DNA of 64,000 bases, from assembly GCA_963809925.1 (NCBI GenBank), contig CAWELH010000005.1, positions 87,196-151,195 of the forward strand, given 5' to 3'. This document shows positions 1 to 9,172 of this stretch, piece after piece. Source of the stretch: an uncultured Bacteroidales bacterium (GTDB lineage: Bacteria; Bacteroidota; Bacteroidia; Bacteroidales; GCA-2748055). Positions within the stretch are counted from its first letter, which is position 1. Every line of letters begins with the position of its first letter. Made by a program: the position numbers and the translations under genes. The notes beneath the pieces are model-generated. The model was not told where the DNA came from, made no database searches, and worked only from the letters and a program-made list of their open reading frames with translations.

Positions 1-364
1 CGCGGCCTTCCGAAACTTCATTGACGAAGCCGGCTGGCACAGTCCCAAGGGTAATCAGGTCGTGCCTCCAATCATGGTTTCTGAAAAGTCTCAGTGGAAT
101 ATCCCCATACATCCTGCGTATCTCTTCGGAGGTCATCGGAAAGTGCGTTCCAGTGGCAGGAAGGATATCTGTCAGCCGGCTTCCGTAATAATCATAGACC
201 ATCCGGGTGATCTCGCCTGCCTGCGAATGAAAGCGTGTAAAATCGGGAGGGATGACAAGGATTTTTTTTCTGGGGCCTAATGCTTCCAGCACACCGAATA
301 CCGACTCCTCCAGTTCCCTGGTGCCAATGACTGTTTCTGTACCACCCTTTTTAAAAAATAACAT
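1..364 (-). CDS. LarA/lactate-racemase (DUF2088) family protein, probable sugar-acid 2-epimerase (GntE-like); 5' part only, runs off the window start
   Basis: Not in the ORF track. Manual translation from ATG at 364 gives MLFFKKGGTETVIGTRELEESVFGVLEALGPRKKILVIPPDFTRFHSQAG...ILPATGTHFPMT...FRNHDW, open to position 2. The D-x-T-R and ATGTH motifs are typical of the LarA N-terminal domain. Confidence 0.75.
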   Translation of the reverse strand, partial: MLFFKKGGTETVIGTRELEESVFGVLEALGPRKKILVIPPDFTRFHSQAGEITRMVYDYYGSRLTDILPATGTHFPMTSEEIRRMYGDIPLRLFRNHDWRHDLITLGTVPAGFVNEVSEGR

Positions 365-407
365 ATACTGTTGTATTAGAATACCACTTGGTCAGAATGA
401 TTGATGA

Positions 408-1292
408 TCATTTCCATGGAGGCAACTCGGGGAGATAGTTATCAAAAATGCGGATACGTTCATTCTCGTAGGAGCCCTGGTATGTACCGTCAAAAAATTT
501 GTCGAGTGCCTCCTTGTAAAACAGTTCCCAGGATGCTTCTTCATGTCCGGGATTGATTGGGTAAAACAGGACGCCGTTGGATTTCGCAGCTTTAAAATCA
601 CCGGGTGCATCACCGATCATCAGGATCATGTTATCAGGATATTTTCCTTTGGCAGCCAGTGCAAGGTGTTCCCGTTTAGTTCCATACTCCTGTCCGGCAA
701 TTAGCCTGACATATTTTTCGATCTTGTTTTCCTTCCATTCCCTTTCCAGGGCTTCAACAGGAGTTTGTGATACCACAAGGGCATCAGCCCTGTCTGCCAT
801 TTTTTCCAGGGAATCCTTCACAAAAGGGAATGGTGGCATTCCATAAACCATTTCACCGATATCCTGATTTACTTTTAACGACCAGGCATAGGTGCGATCG
901 ATGATGGGATCGTCCACTTCTTGTGCGAAAATCTCCAGTGCAGGATTCCCCAGCTTGCTCTCCTTTTTCGTCCATTCCTCCAAAAGGCTCAGGTCGGGGA
1001 GTTCCATGCCGCGAGCGGTAACCTCTGGTCTTTCAGAGAGCAGACGAAACGTTTCGATCAGGGCAAGAAAGCGATTCACTCCCCTTGTTTTAGAATAAAG
1101 ATTTACAAATTCCCAGGTTTCCCTGGCATATTTGGAAATTTTCTGTAGTTCAAATGTCTGGATGAGGTTAGGGCAAAAACATTCTTTTTGCTTTATCTCC
1201 ATGGTGTCAAAGGCACAACCATCAGAATCAATGCCGATAAAAAATTTTTTTTCCGGCTGAAGTTTTGTGAGTGTATCGTGAGGATTATTCAT
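408..1292 (-). CDS. HAD-superfamily hydrolase/phosphatase
   Basis: Motif I IGIDSDGC (DxD), motif II VVSQT, motif III Lys (GTK), motif IV MIGDAPGD. Confidence 0.85.
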   Translation of the reverse strand: MNNPHDTLTKLQPEKKFFIGIDSDGCAFDTMEIKQKECFCPNLIQTFELQKISKYARETWEFVNLYSKTRGVNRFLALIETFRLLSERPEVTARGMELPDLSLLEEWTKKESKLGNPALEIFAQEVDDPIIDRTYAWSLKVNQDIGEMVYGMPPFPFVKDSLEKMADRADALVVSQTPVEALEREWKENKIEKYVRLIAGQEYGTKREHLALAAKGKYPDNMILMIGDAPGDFKAAKSNGVLFYPINPGHEEASWELFYKEALDKFFDGTYQGSYENERIRIFDNYLPELPPWK

Positions 1293-1343
1293 ATTTTCAA
1301 AGGTTGATTTGTCTACGAATTCTTTTTTGACAGTTTTACTGTT

Positions 1344-2627
1344 CTACTTGTAAGCCTGTGGCTGGTAAGCGACAAGTTTTTTTTCTGCCAATATCATCCT
1401 GAACCGTGTAAACCGCTGCCTACCGTTAATGATGGGTACGCTAACCCAATCTTCGCCAACCAGCGGTCTAAGATAGCCGAGGAATTCATCTGTAACATCG
1501 GTACCCGAAGGTGCAATCCATTTTTTAGGGAATGTACGTTCCGACAACGCTACTTTTTCAAGGGGCACCTTATCGTAGGTAACATTGTAAATAAAACCGG
1601 GAACCCTGAGGATGGTAGCCATCCAGCCATTCCCTTCATTCATGGCAATATCCACAGCTTTCTGTCCAACCTTGTAAGCTTCATCAAGGTCAACGGTAGA
1701 TGCATAGATCATGGCATCTCTCTGATCTGTTCCCATTACCTGTCCCCGGGCTTTCCCCCTGACTCTGAATCCGGCCTTGTTCAGGTGATTCACCACCGAC
1801 TGAAAAACGGATTGTTCACTCGAACCGAAAGAGGTATGACCGAAGGCATCTTTCACTTCGCCTAAAGACCCCACATTAAATCCTTCACTCACAACAACAA
1901 TGCAACGGCCGTCGCGGCTTAGCTGATCATTTACGTTATCGGTCATTTGTTCAAGGGTAACATCCGATTCCGCAAGGTATATCTGCAGTGGAATTTCCCG
2001 CTTTGGATCAGCCAGTCTTGCGGCTGCAGGGATATAGCCGATCTTCCTTCCCATAGCCTGAAGTACGAGAACAGGATCAGCCGGTGAGGATCCCATGTTT
2101 TCTTCATTTGCATTCTGCACAATGTTGGACCAGTACCTGGCCACGCTGCCATATCCGGGAGTATGGTCAATCAGTTTAAACTCACTGTCTCCGACATCAT
2201 TATCAATGGTTTTTGGCACGCCGGTAGCAATGAGTTCGAGACCCTTTTCTTTCGCTATTCCTGCAACTTTATAAGCCGTATGCTGAGAATCGTTACCCCC
2301 GATATAAAAAAAGTAACCAATATCATGCGCTTTAAAAACTTCCATTATCCGTTTGAAATCCTCCTCCTGATGATCCTTTAGTTTATAACGGCATGTTCCG
2401 ATAGAACCAGCGGCTGGTGTGACCCTCAGTAGTGCGATTTCTTCATCATCCTGGGCAGTAAGGTCAAGCAGTTCTTCTTTCAGCACACCTTCTATTCCGT
2501 GCCATCCCGCATAAACCTTTCCAAATATTTCAGGAAACATCCTGCAGGTATCAATGATCCCCCTCAGTGAATTATTGATCACCGGACTCGGTCCTCCTGA
2601 TTGTGCAACAATAACATTTTTTGGCAT
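1344..2627 (-). CDS. pfp: PfkA-family phosphotransferase, pyrophosphate-dependent type (diphosphate--fructose-6-phosphate 1-phosphotransferase-like)
   Basis: QSGGPSPVIN, GGNDS (Asp = PPi-type), PKTIDND (Lys = PPi-type), MGR. ATG at 2627 (MPKNVIV) preferred over the upstream alternative start. Confidence 0.85.
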   Translation of the reverse strand: MPKNVIVAQSGGPSPVINNSLRGIIDTCRMFPEIFGKVYAGWHGIEGVLKEELLDLTAQDDEEIALLRVTPAAGSIGTCRYKLKDHQEEDFKRIMEVFKAHDIGYFFYIGGNDSQHTAYKVAGIAKEKGLELIATGVPKTIDNDVGDSEFKLIDHTPGYGSVARYWSNIVQNANEENMGSSPADPVLVLQAMGRKIGYIPAAARLADPKREIPLQIYLAESDVTLEQMTDNVNDQLSRDGRCIVVVSEGFNVGSLGEVKDAFGHTSFGSSEQSVFQSVVNHLNKAGFRVRGKARGQVMGTDQRDAMIYASTVDLDEAYKVGQKAVDIAMNEGNGWMATILRVPGFIYNVTYDKVPLEKVALSERTFPKKWIAPSGTDVTDEFLGYLRPLVGEDWVSVPIINGRQRFTRFRMILAEKKLVAYQPQAYK

Positions 2628-2884
2628 ACCTAATTCTGTTTTCTTATGATAAAACAATCGCTTTTTTGGCTGGTGTCAACATTTCTTCTTTTCCAATGTA
2701 TTGAAGGAGGCCGAAAACGCCGGTCATCTATTCAAGATGAAGAACCAGCTTCTCGCATCTGAGCCATATCCTTATAATTATTTTTTTACTAATTAATTAA
2801 CAAAAAAGTAGGAGGAAGATCATAAGATTTACGGTGAATAAACCGGTTTTCATTTTGATTGATTCTAATTATTCTCCTTTTTCC

Positions 2885-3733
2885 TCAAACACCTCCAAAG
2901 GCGCTGTATCCACCATCAACAGGGATCACAATACCTGTAACGAATTTTGAAATATCCGAGATTAGGTAAAGGACGGTACCCTGAAGATCTTCCGGTTCAC
3001 CAAATTTCCCGGTGGGCGTATTGGCAATGATCTTCTCTCCTCTTTTTGTTAATTTACCTGTATTTTCATCAATAAGTAAAAATCTGTTTTGATTGGTCAG
3101 GAAAAATCCCGGTGCAATTGCATTAACCCTGACACCTGTTTTTGCAAAGTGAACGGAAAGCCACTCGGTAAAATTATTTATGGATGCTTTGGCTGCCGAG
3201 TAGGCAGGGATTTTGGTCAGCGGCTTAAAAGAATTCATGGATGAAATGTTCAGTATCGCACCTTCGCCACGTTTAACCATTTCTTCGGCAAATACCATGG
3301 TGGGCAGCAAAGTTCCCATAAAATTCAGATCGAAAACCTTCCTGAAGCCTTCCAATTTCAATCCGAAAAATCCTTCATCCAGAGCAGATGTTGCTGAATC
3401 AATCTGCTCAATTTTTGTGGTAGCGTCTGGTGAATTGCCACCCGCACCATTGATTAAAATATCAATCTTCCCGAAGCGCTGAAGTATCACCTCTTTCGTT
3501 TTTGAAAGTATATCCTTGTCCAGAACATTTGATTCCAGTCCTACGCATTCGGTACCTGTCTCCCTGCCAATACTTTCAGCGAGTTCCTCGGCAACGGTTT
3601 TTCGTAAATCCAGGATGATGGTTTTAACACCCACAGATGCAAGTGCTTTTACAATGGCAGTGCCAATAACTCCGGCTCCGCCAGTAATGACGCACACTTT
3701 GTTTTTCAGATCAGAAAAAGAATTATTTCCCAT
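2885..3733 (-). CDS. uxuB: SDR oxidoreductase, D-mannonate oxidoreductase (fructuronate reductase)
   Basis: TGGAGVIG Rossmann motif, NGAGGN, PLTKIPAYSAAK catalytic YxxxK, terminal DGGYSAFGGV; uronate gene context. Confidence 0.85.
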   Translation of the reverse strand: MGNNSFSDLKNKVCVITGGAGVIGTAIVKALASVGVKTIILDLRKTVAEELAESIGRETGTECVGLESNVLDKDILSKTKEVILQRFGKIDILINGAGGNSPDATTKIEQIDSATSALDEGFFGLKLEGFRKVFDLNFMGTLLPTMVFAEEMVKRGEGAILNISSMNSFKPLTKIPAYSAAKASINNFTEWLSVHFAKTGVRVNAIAPGFFLTNQNRFLLIDENTGKLTKRGEKIIANTPTGKFGEPEDLQGTVLYLISDISKFVTGIVIPVDGGYSAFGGV

Positions 3734-3741
3734 GGTTAAAT

Positions 3742-4791
3742 TTATCGGTATTCGTAAAAATCAATATTTTCTCTTGTCAGAATATCGATGGGGATATACT
3801 GAACTTTTTGTACTTCCTTTTTCAGAATGATCATATTGAAAAGTGTCATAATGCCCCGGTAGCCCTGTTCTTCAGGTTTCTGACTGATCAGAAAATCCAC
3901 CAGCCCTTTCCGGAGGTAATCAACATTTTCAGGTAAGAGGTCGTAGCCGATCAGTCTGACATGATTCAGCCCGTGTTCTTCAAGATAGGCGGCCACCCTG
4001 TGAACTCTTGAGTTTGCAACAAATATTCCCTTCACCCTTGCTTTGCCAAAGTAGGAATCTAGTTTCTTTGAGAGCTCATCTCCGGTTGGCTGTCTCATCT
4101 CCACAGTGATCAGGTTAAAATTCAAAGCGGAATTATCACTGAAAAATTTACGGAACCCACGTTCCCTCCTGATGATATCATTATGATTCTCCTTTTTCCC
4201 GACAAGGCTGATAAGAAGAACGTCCCCATCTACAGGAATGCCGTAGGTAAGCAGCTTAGCGCCAAGGTATCCGCTCTGAAGGGCATTCTGGCCTATATAA
4301 CAAACCTTTACCAGCTCATCAATATTCGAATTAAATAGTGCAACCTGAATCCCGGCATTTGTACATTTATTGACAAAATCCATCGATTCAGCGGGAAAAA
4401 TCGGTGCAAAAAGTACCGCATCAGGTGCCTCATTTTGTACTGCCTCCGACTGTGCCAGGAAAGATTCCTTATCGAACTGGTCGAAATAAAAACGGCGGAT
4501 GATAATGCCAAAGGGATTTATCTCACTGCTGGCTCTGTCAATGCCGACGTTCGGCGCATGCCAGAAATCATTTCCGTTTACGGACACGGGCATAAGCACG
4601 GCAAACAACCATGTTTTTTTTGAAGCAAGTGTTCTTGCAAGTATATCAGGTTTATAATCAAGTTCTTGCAATATTTTATCCACTTTCTTCCTGGTCTTCT
4701 CCGACACCTCTCCACGATCATGAATTACACGGTCAACTGTTCCAGGGGAAACCTGGGCAAGCCTGGCGATATCTTTTATCCTAACCTTCAA
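3742..4791 (-). CDS. LacI-family transcriptional regulator of the hexuronate locus (UxuR/UxaR-like)
   Basis: N-terminal HTH RIKDIARLAQVSPGTVDRVIHDRG plus periplasmic-binding-type sugar domain; divergent from uxaE. Confidence 0.9.
   Translation of the reverse strand: MKVRIKDIARLAQVSPGTVDRVIHDRGEVSEKTRKKVDKILQELDYKPDILARTLASKKTWLFAVLMPVSVNGNDFWHAPNVGIDRASSEINPFGIIIRRFYFDQFDKESFLAQSEAVQNEAPDAVLFAPIFPAESMDFVNKCTNAGIQVALFNSNIDELVKVCYIGQNALQSGYLGAKLLTYGIPVDGDVLLISLVGKKENHNDIIRRERGFRKFFSDNSALNFNLITVEMRQPTGDELSKKLDSYFGKARVKGIFVANSRVHRVAAYLEEHGLNHVRLIGYDLLPENVDYLRKGLVDFLISQKPEEQGYRGIMTLFNMIILKKEVQKVQYIPIDILTRENIDFYEYR
4572..4588. promoter_or_regulatory. Putative auxiliary LacI operator inside the regulator coding sequence
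   Basis: TTCCGTTTACGGACACG matches the reverse complement of the main palindrome (TTCCGTGTACGGACACG, 4904-4920) at 16 of 17 positions. Confidence 0.55.
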
Positions 4792-4855
4792 TTATATAAC
4801 TGATTTTCTGTAATTTATTATATTTTACACGGTAAACACACAACGAATATTTCAG

Positions 4856-4863
4856 CAAAAATA
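4856..4863 (-). promoter_or_regulatory. Bacteroidota housekeeping-sigma -7 element for the LacI/uxuB transcript
   Basis: TATTTTTG on the minus strand fits TAnnTTTG and lies about 65 bp upstream of the LacI start. Confidence 0.45.
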
Positions 4864-4898
4864 ATGAATAATTTTTGGAAAAAACAAATTTTGATCTT

Positions 4899-4922
4899 AA
4901 TTTCGTGTCCGTACACGGAATT
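4899..4922. promoter_or_regulatory. LacI-type palindromic operator between the divergent lacI and uxaE genes
   Basis: AATTTCGTGTCCGTACACGGAATT: a CGTGT-n-CG-n-ACACG palindrome with the central CG typical of LacI-family sites. Confidence 0.75.
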
Positions 4923-5054
4923 TTATTTTACTTCAGCACACGTAAAAGCCTGATGTATATTTAGACAAGATTGGAAAACATTTGTTTAGATTATGTATCG
5001 GCATTTTCAGCATTGAAAAATCTTTAGAAATAAGAGCATATATTAAACAGTTAA

Positions 5055-6314
5055 ATGATGGACACAGTAAAGATCAGTAAGTATTCCTTCGGAACAGGCG
5101 ACCGGTTCGGACTTCAAGGAAGAGCACAACTTAGGGCCATCAGGATGGCCAATACAGCTGGCATTCCCCTGACGCCAGTATGGAACAAATCAAACCGGGA
5201 ACATCAGATCATTCATACCTCCCCGGAGGAAACAAGACTTGAAGCGGACCTCGCAGTGAAGGATGCAGGATGGGATGGGGATTATTTTGTCGATGCCGAT
5301 CATATCAACCTTTCCAATGTTGACATTTTCATTGACCATGCCGATTTTTTCACCATCGATGTTGCCGATTTTATTGGTAAAGCGGCTGAGGAGGTTGATG
5401 TCGAACACTTTGTAAAGAGAAATGCAAAATATACGGGCTCCCTCAGCATTCCAGGTTTACAGGAGCCATTTACTGTCACCTCAGACGATCTGAAAAGGAT
5501 AGCCGGGAAATTTTTATACGCGGTTCAGCAGGCTGCCCTCATTTACAGACACATTGAAGCAAAAAAAGGGAAAGGGAATTTTATCACAGAAGTGTCTATG
5601 GACGAAGTTGATCAACCTCAGACACCTGTAGAACTGTTCTTCATTCTGTCAGCTCTTGCTCAGGAGCAGGTTCCTGTTCAGACCATAGCTCCAAAATTTT
5701 CAGGACGATTTAACAAAGGTGTGGATTATGTTGGTGACATTGAGAAATTTGCGAACGAATTTGAGGCCGATATCCTTGTAATTAAAAAGGCTATCAGCGA
5801 ATTCAACCTTCCTGAAAACCTCAAGTTATCGGTACATTCAGGCAGTGACAAATTTTCTATTTATCCGGTGATGGGGCAACTGATCAAAAAACATGACGTC
5901 GGAATCCATGTGAAAACAGCAGGAACAACATGGCTTGAAGAAGTTATCGGTCTTGCTCTGGCAGGTGATGAAGCACTCAGCCTTGCAAAATCAATTTACA
6001 GGAAAGCATTCAGCCGTATGGATGAATTGTGCGGACCCTACGCAACGGTAATCGATATCGATCCGGGAAAGCTTCCGTTACCCGGGGAGGTTGATGGCTG
6101 GAGCGCAAAAAAGTTTACCGATACATTAAGGCATATCCCAGGACATCCTGATTATAATCCGGGTTTTCGGCAGCTGATTCATGTGGGCTACAAGGTAGCA
6201 GCAGAATACAGTAATGTATACCTGAATCTCGTCAGACTCCATGAGGATATCGTGGGAAAACAGGTGGAGGATAATATTTATGAACGGCATATCCGGCGGC
6301 TGTTCAATATATAA
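5055..6314 (+). CDS. uxaE: Tagaturonate/fructuronate epimerase
   Basis: SFGTGDRFG, VDADH, LSVHSGSDKFS and HVKTAGTTWLEE motifs of the UxaE family; next to uxaC. Confidence 0.9.
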   Translation: MMDTVKISKYSFGTGDRFGLQGRAQLRAIRMANTAGIPLTPVWNKSNREHQIIHTSPEETRLEADLAVKDAGWDGDYFVDADHINLSNVDIFIDHADFFTIDVADFIGKAAEEVDVEHFVKRNAKYTGSLSIPGLQEPFTVTSDDLKRIAGKFLYAVQQAALIYRHIEAKKGKGNFITEVSMDEVDQPQTPVELFFILSALAQEQVPVQTIAPKFSGRFNKGVDYVGDIEKFANEFEADILVIKKAISEFNLPENLKLSVHSGSDKFSIYPVMGQLIKKHDVGIHVKTAGTTWLEEVIGLALAGDEALSLAKSIYRKAFSRMDELCGPYATVIDIDPGKLPLPGEVDGWSAKKFTDTLRHIPGHPDYNPGFRQLIHVGYKVAAEYSNVYLNLVRLHEDIVGKQVEDNIYERHIRRLFNI

Positions 6315-6350
6315 ACCCATCAATCACAGAAATATCAATATTCAAAAGTC

Positions 6351-7751
6351 ATGAAAACATTTCTGGACGACAATTTTCTCCTGGATACTCCTGTGGCGGA
6401 GAAACTTTACCATGATCATGCCAGGGATCTTCCGATCATCGACTATCATTGCCACCTTCCCCCGAATGAAATCGCCGCGGGAAGAAAATTTGAGAACCTA
6501 ACCAAGATCTGGCTTGACGGTGATCATTATAAATGGCGGGCTATGAGGGCCAATGGCGTAGATGAAATCTACTGCACCGGGAATGCCCCGGACAGGGAAA
6601 AATTCCGAAAGTGGGCCGAAACGGTCCCCATGACCATCAGGAACCCCCTCTATCACTGGACACATCTTGAACTTAAGCGATATTTCGGCATCGACAAATT
6701 GCTCAACGCTGCCACAGCGGATAGCATTTATGATGAGGCTACTGAAAAACTGCAGTCAGATGATTTCAGCGTCAGGAACCTGTTACAAAAGATGAAAGTT
6801 GAAACGCTCTGTACAACAGATGATCCGGCTGACAGTCTGGAACATCATATTCGTCTGAGGGATGAGAAATTCAGGATAAGGGTTTTGCCTGCCTGGCGAC
6901 CTGACAAAGCCATGGCCGTCGAGGATCCCTTATCTTATAACAATTACCTGGATTCCTTATCCAGAGCCTCAGACATGACTATCACACATTTCGACGACCT
7001 CCTCAAAGCATTAACACAGCGGCAGGAATTTTTTCACGACCTGGGGTGCAAACTTTCTGACCATGGTCTAGAGACCTTCTATGCGGAGGACTTTACTGAA
7101 AAAGAAATCAAAAATATATTTGTTTCAATCCGTAAAGGAAAAAAGCCGGAGAACGCTGAGGTCCTGAAACTTAAATCGGCCCTGCTCCTTCATTTTGCGG
7201 AGATGGATTATGCAAAAAGCTGGACGCAGCAATTCCATATCGGTGCGATCAGGAATAATAATTTCGGGGCATACCGCACACTTGGCCCCGATAAAGGCTT
7301 TGACTCGATCGGCGATTATGAGATTGCCCGCCCTATGTCAAAATTCCTGGATACCCTGGCAAGCAAAAACAAGCTTACAAAGACTATCCTGTATAACCTA
7401 AATCCGCGAGACAATGAACTAATGGCCACGATGGCAGGAAACTTCAACGACGGAAGCATTCCCGGAAAAATGCAATACGGATCAGGGTGGTGGTTTCTTG
7501 ACCAGAAAGACGGGATTGAAAAACAACTGAATGCCCTGTCAAATATGGGCTTGTTGAGCCGTTTCGTGGGTATGCTCACCGACTCCCGCAGCTTCCTCTC
7601 CTACCCCCGGCATGAATATTTCAGACGGATACTTTGCAACCTTCTCGGCAATGATGTTGAAAAGGGCGAATTACCTGCCGATATGGACCTGCTGGGTGAT
7701 ATTGTGGAAGGGATCTGCTATTATAATGCGAAGGAGTATTTTGGGTTCTAG
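6351..7751 (+). CDS. uxaC: Uronate (glucuronate/galacturonate) isomerase
   Basis: IIDYHCHL, GDHYKWRAMR, GSGWWFLDQKDG, GMLTDSRSFLSYPRHEYFRR. Confidence 0.97.
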   Translation: MKTFLDDNFLLDTPVAEKLYHDHARDLPIIDYHCHLPPNEIAAGRKFENLTKIWLDGDHYKWRAMRANGVDEIYCTGNAPDREKFRKWAETVPMTIRNPLYHWTHLELKRYFGIDKLLNAATADSIYDEATEKLQSDDFSVRNLLQKMKVETLCTTDDPADSLEHHIRLRDEKFRIRVLPAWRPDKAMAVEDPLSYNNYLDSLSRASDMTITHFDDLLKALTQRQEFFHDLGCKLSDHGLETFYAEDFTEKEIKNIFVSIRKGKKPENAEVLKLKSALLLHFAEMDYAKSWTQQFHIGAIRNNNFGAYRTLGPDKGFDSIGDYEIARPMSKFLDTLASKNKLTKTILYNLNPRDNELMATMAGNFNDGSIPGKMQYGSGWWFLDQKDGIEKQLNALSNMGLLSRFVGMLTDSRSFLSYPRHEYFRRILCNLLGNDVEKGELPADMDLLGDIVEGICYYNAKEYFGF

Positions 7752-9172
7752 AGTTTGACCGTAAACGAAGAAAACGACTTCGGCTGCATGCCGATAACCA
7801 GGTAATGGTCGCCGATCTTTAGTTGTCGGGCTGTTTTTGTGAATTCGCGGTTAGCGATGATACCCGCAACCTCATTTCCCGGGTTCAGGAAGACCAGCAT
7901 GTCGTCGTAACCGTCGGGTGTTTTAAGCTTCACAGCGCCGGGTTTCACAACGTGAGAGAGCTGTTTAAAAAGATAATATTCGGGATTGTATTTAACGTGG
8001 CCAGTCTGACTGTCGACCGTGATCAGGCTGTTCTGTTTCCAGCCCCAGCGGCTTTTACCCGTCTCATCGAGCACCATATTCCAGTACATGTATGAACTCA
8101 CGCCATTCTCAAGGTAAAGCTTAATCAGTGACCATGTATATTCTGCGGCTTTCCAGTCGTTTGAACCGTCCCCGCATTCCGATTCGGTCTCCATCAGCTT
8201 CATGCCCGGATATTTTTCATGAACGCCTTGCACGGCTTGCTTTCCTGCCCATTGAAATCCCACACCTGCAATATAGGGCATCGCATTGTGGTTCATAAGG
8301 ATAGTATCCACATTTTCGACCCGTGGCCGTTCATAGGTACCATACCAGATCTCTGCATTTACCTGGTTCTCACTAAACGCAGGCCCGAGATACTCACCGA
8401 TAAAGGTTGCCTGGTCTGTTGCAGTCCAGATGCAGCTCGGGAATACCTGGCAGGAGTTTGGCTCATTCTGAACGTGGACTGCATACAGGTTGATACCCTC
8501 ATTCCTGTATGCCTTAACGAATTTTACAAAATACCTGGCATATGACTCAAGATATGGTTTTTCCATGATAAACTGTGTACACCCTTCCATGCCGGCACCT
8601 TCTGTGTCGAGATGGTTTATTTCTGAAGGTTTACATGCATAATGGCCATTTGTTTTCATCCATGAGGGCGGACACCAGGGTGATGCCCAGATTTTCAGTC
8701 CGGGATTGTAAACCATGGCAGCTTTGATGTAGGGTATCAGGGCCTGCCTGTCGCGTACAATACTAAAGTCCTGCAAATTGAAATCCCCGGCTGTTTCATC
8801 GAGCGAATACCAGTCGCGCGAATAGTCGTTGGCACCGATAGGCATCCGGCAGATGGTAAAATTGCAGCCTTCTTCCGAGAAAAAATCCTTCAAAATTGCC
8901 TCCCTGCTGCTGTCGGGAAGAAGATTCAGCGCATCCCAGCCTAATTCATTGAAGCAGGCGCCAAATCCATCTATAAGCTGTTGTCCGGCTTTGATATCAA
9001 TTGTCACAAGGGGTATCCCTTTATGTTCTTCCGGCATCACCGGATAAGATGCTTCAACCCAACGCTCATGGGGGTTGGTGCTTATAAAATTAAACTGAAT
9101 ACTTTTCTTTTCACATGAAGAAAGAATTCCGGCCACAAGCATCAGGTAAACCCACTTATTTTTTATGGTCAT
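7748..9172 (-). CDS. Glycoside hydrolase family 30 lipoprotein (beta-glycosidase/xylosidase-like)
   Basis: GFGACFNE, RMPIGANDYS, ASPWCPPSWMKTN, VQNEP (acid/base), METE (nucleophile), YWNMVLD. Lipobox ILSSC follows the ATG at 9172. Confidence 0.85.
   Translation of the reverse strand: MTIKNKWVYLMLVAGILSSCEKKSIQFNFISTNPHERWVEASYPVMPEEHKGIPLVTIDIKAGQQLIDGFGACFNELGWDALNLLPDSSREAILKDFFSEEGCNFTICRMPIGANDYSRDWYSLDETAGDFNLQDFSIVRDRQALIPYIKAAMVYNPGLKIWASPWCPPSWMKTNGHYACKPSEINHLDTEGAGMEGCTQFIMEKPYLESYARYFVKFVKAYRNEGINLYAVHVQNEPNSCQVFPSCIWTATDQATFIGEYLGPAFSENQVNAEIWYGTYERPRVENVDTILMNHNAMPYIAGVGFQWAGKQAVQGVHEKYPGMKLMETESECGDGSNDWKAAEYTWSLIKLYLENGVSSYMYWNMVLDETGKSRWGWKQNSLITVDSQTGHVKYNPEYYLFKQLSHVVKPGAVKLKTPDGYDDMLVFLNPGNEVAGIIANREFTKTARQLKIGDHYLVIGMQPKSFSSFTVKL

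Noticed and set aside
62-280. 72-aa plus-strand ORF
   Set aside because: Antisense shadow of the LarA-family gene on the minus strand.
7748-7751. Convergent 4-bp CTAG stop overlaps (uxaC/GH30 and ftsE/GNAT-like at 50128-50131)
   Set aside because: A common consequence of compact genomes; no evidence of function.
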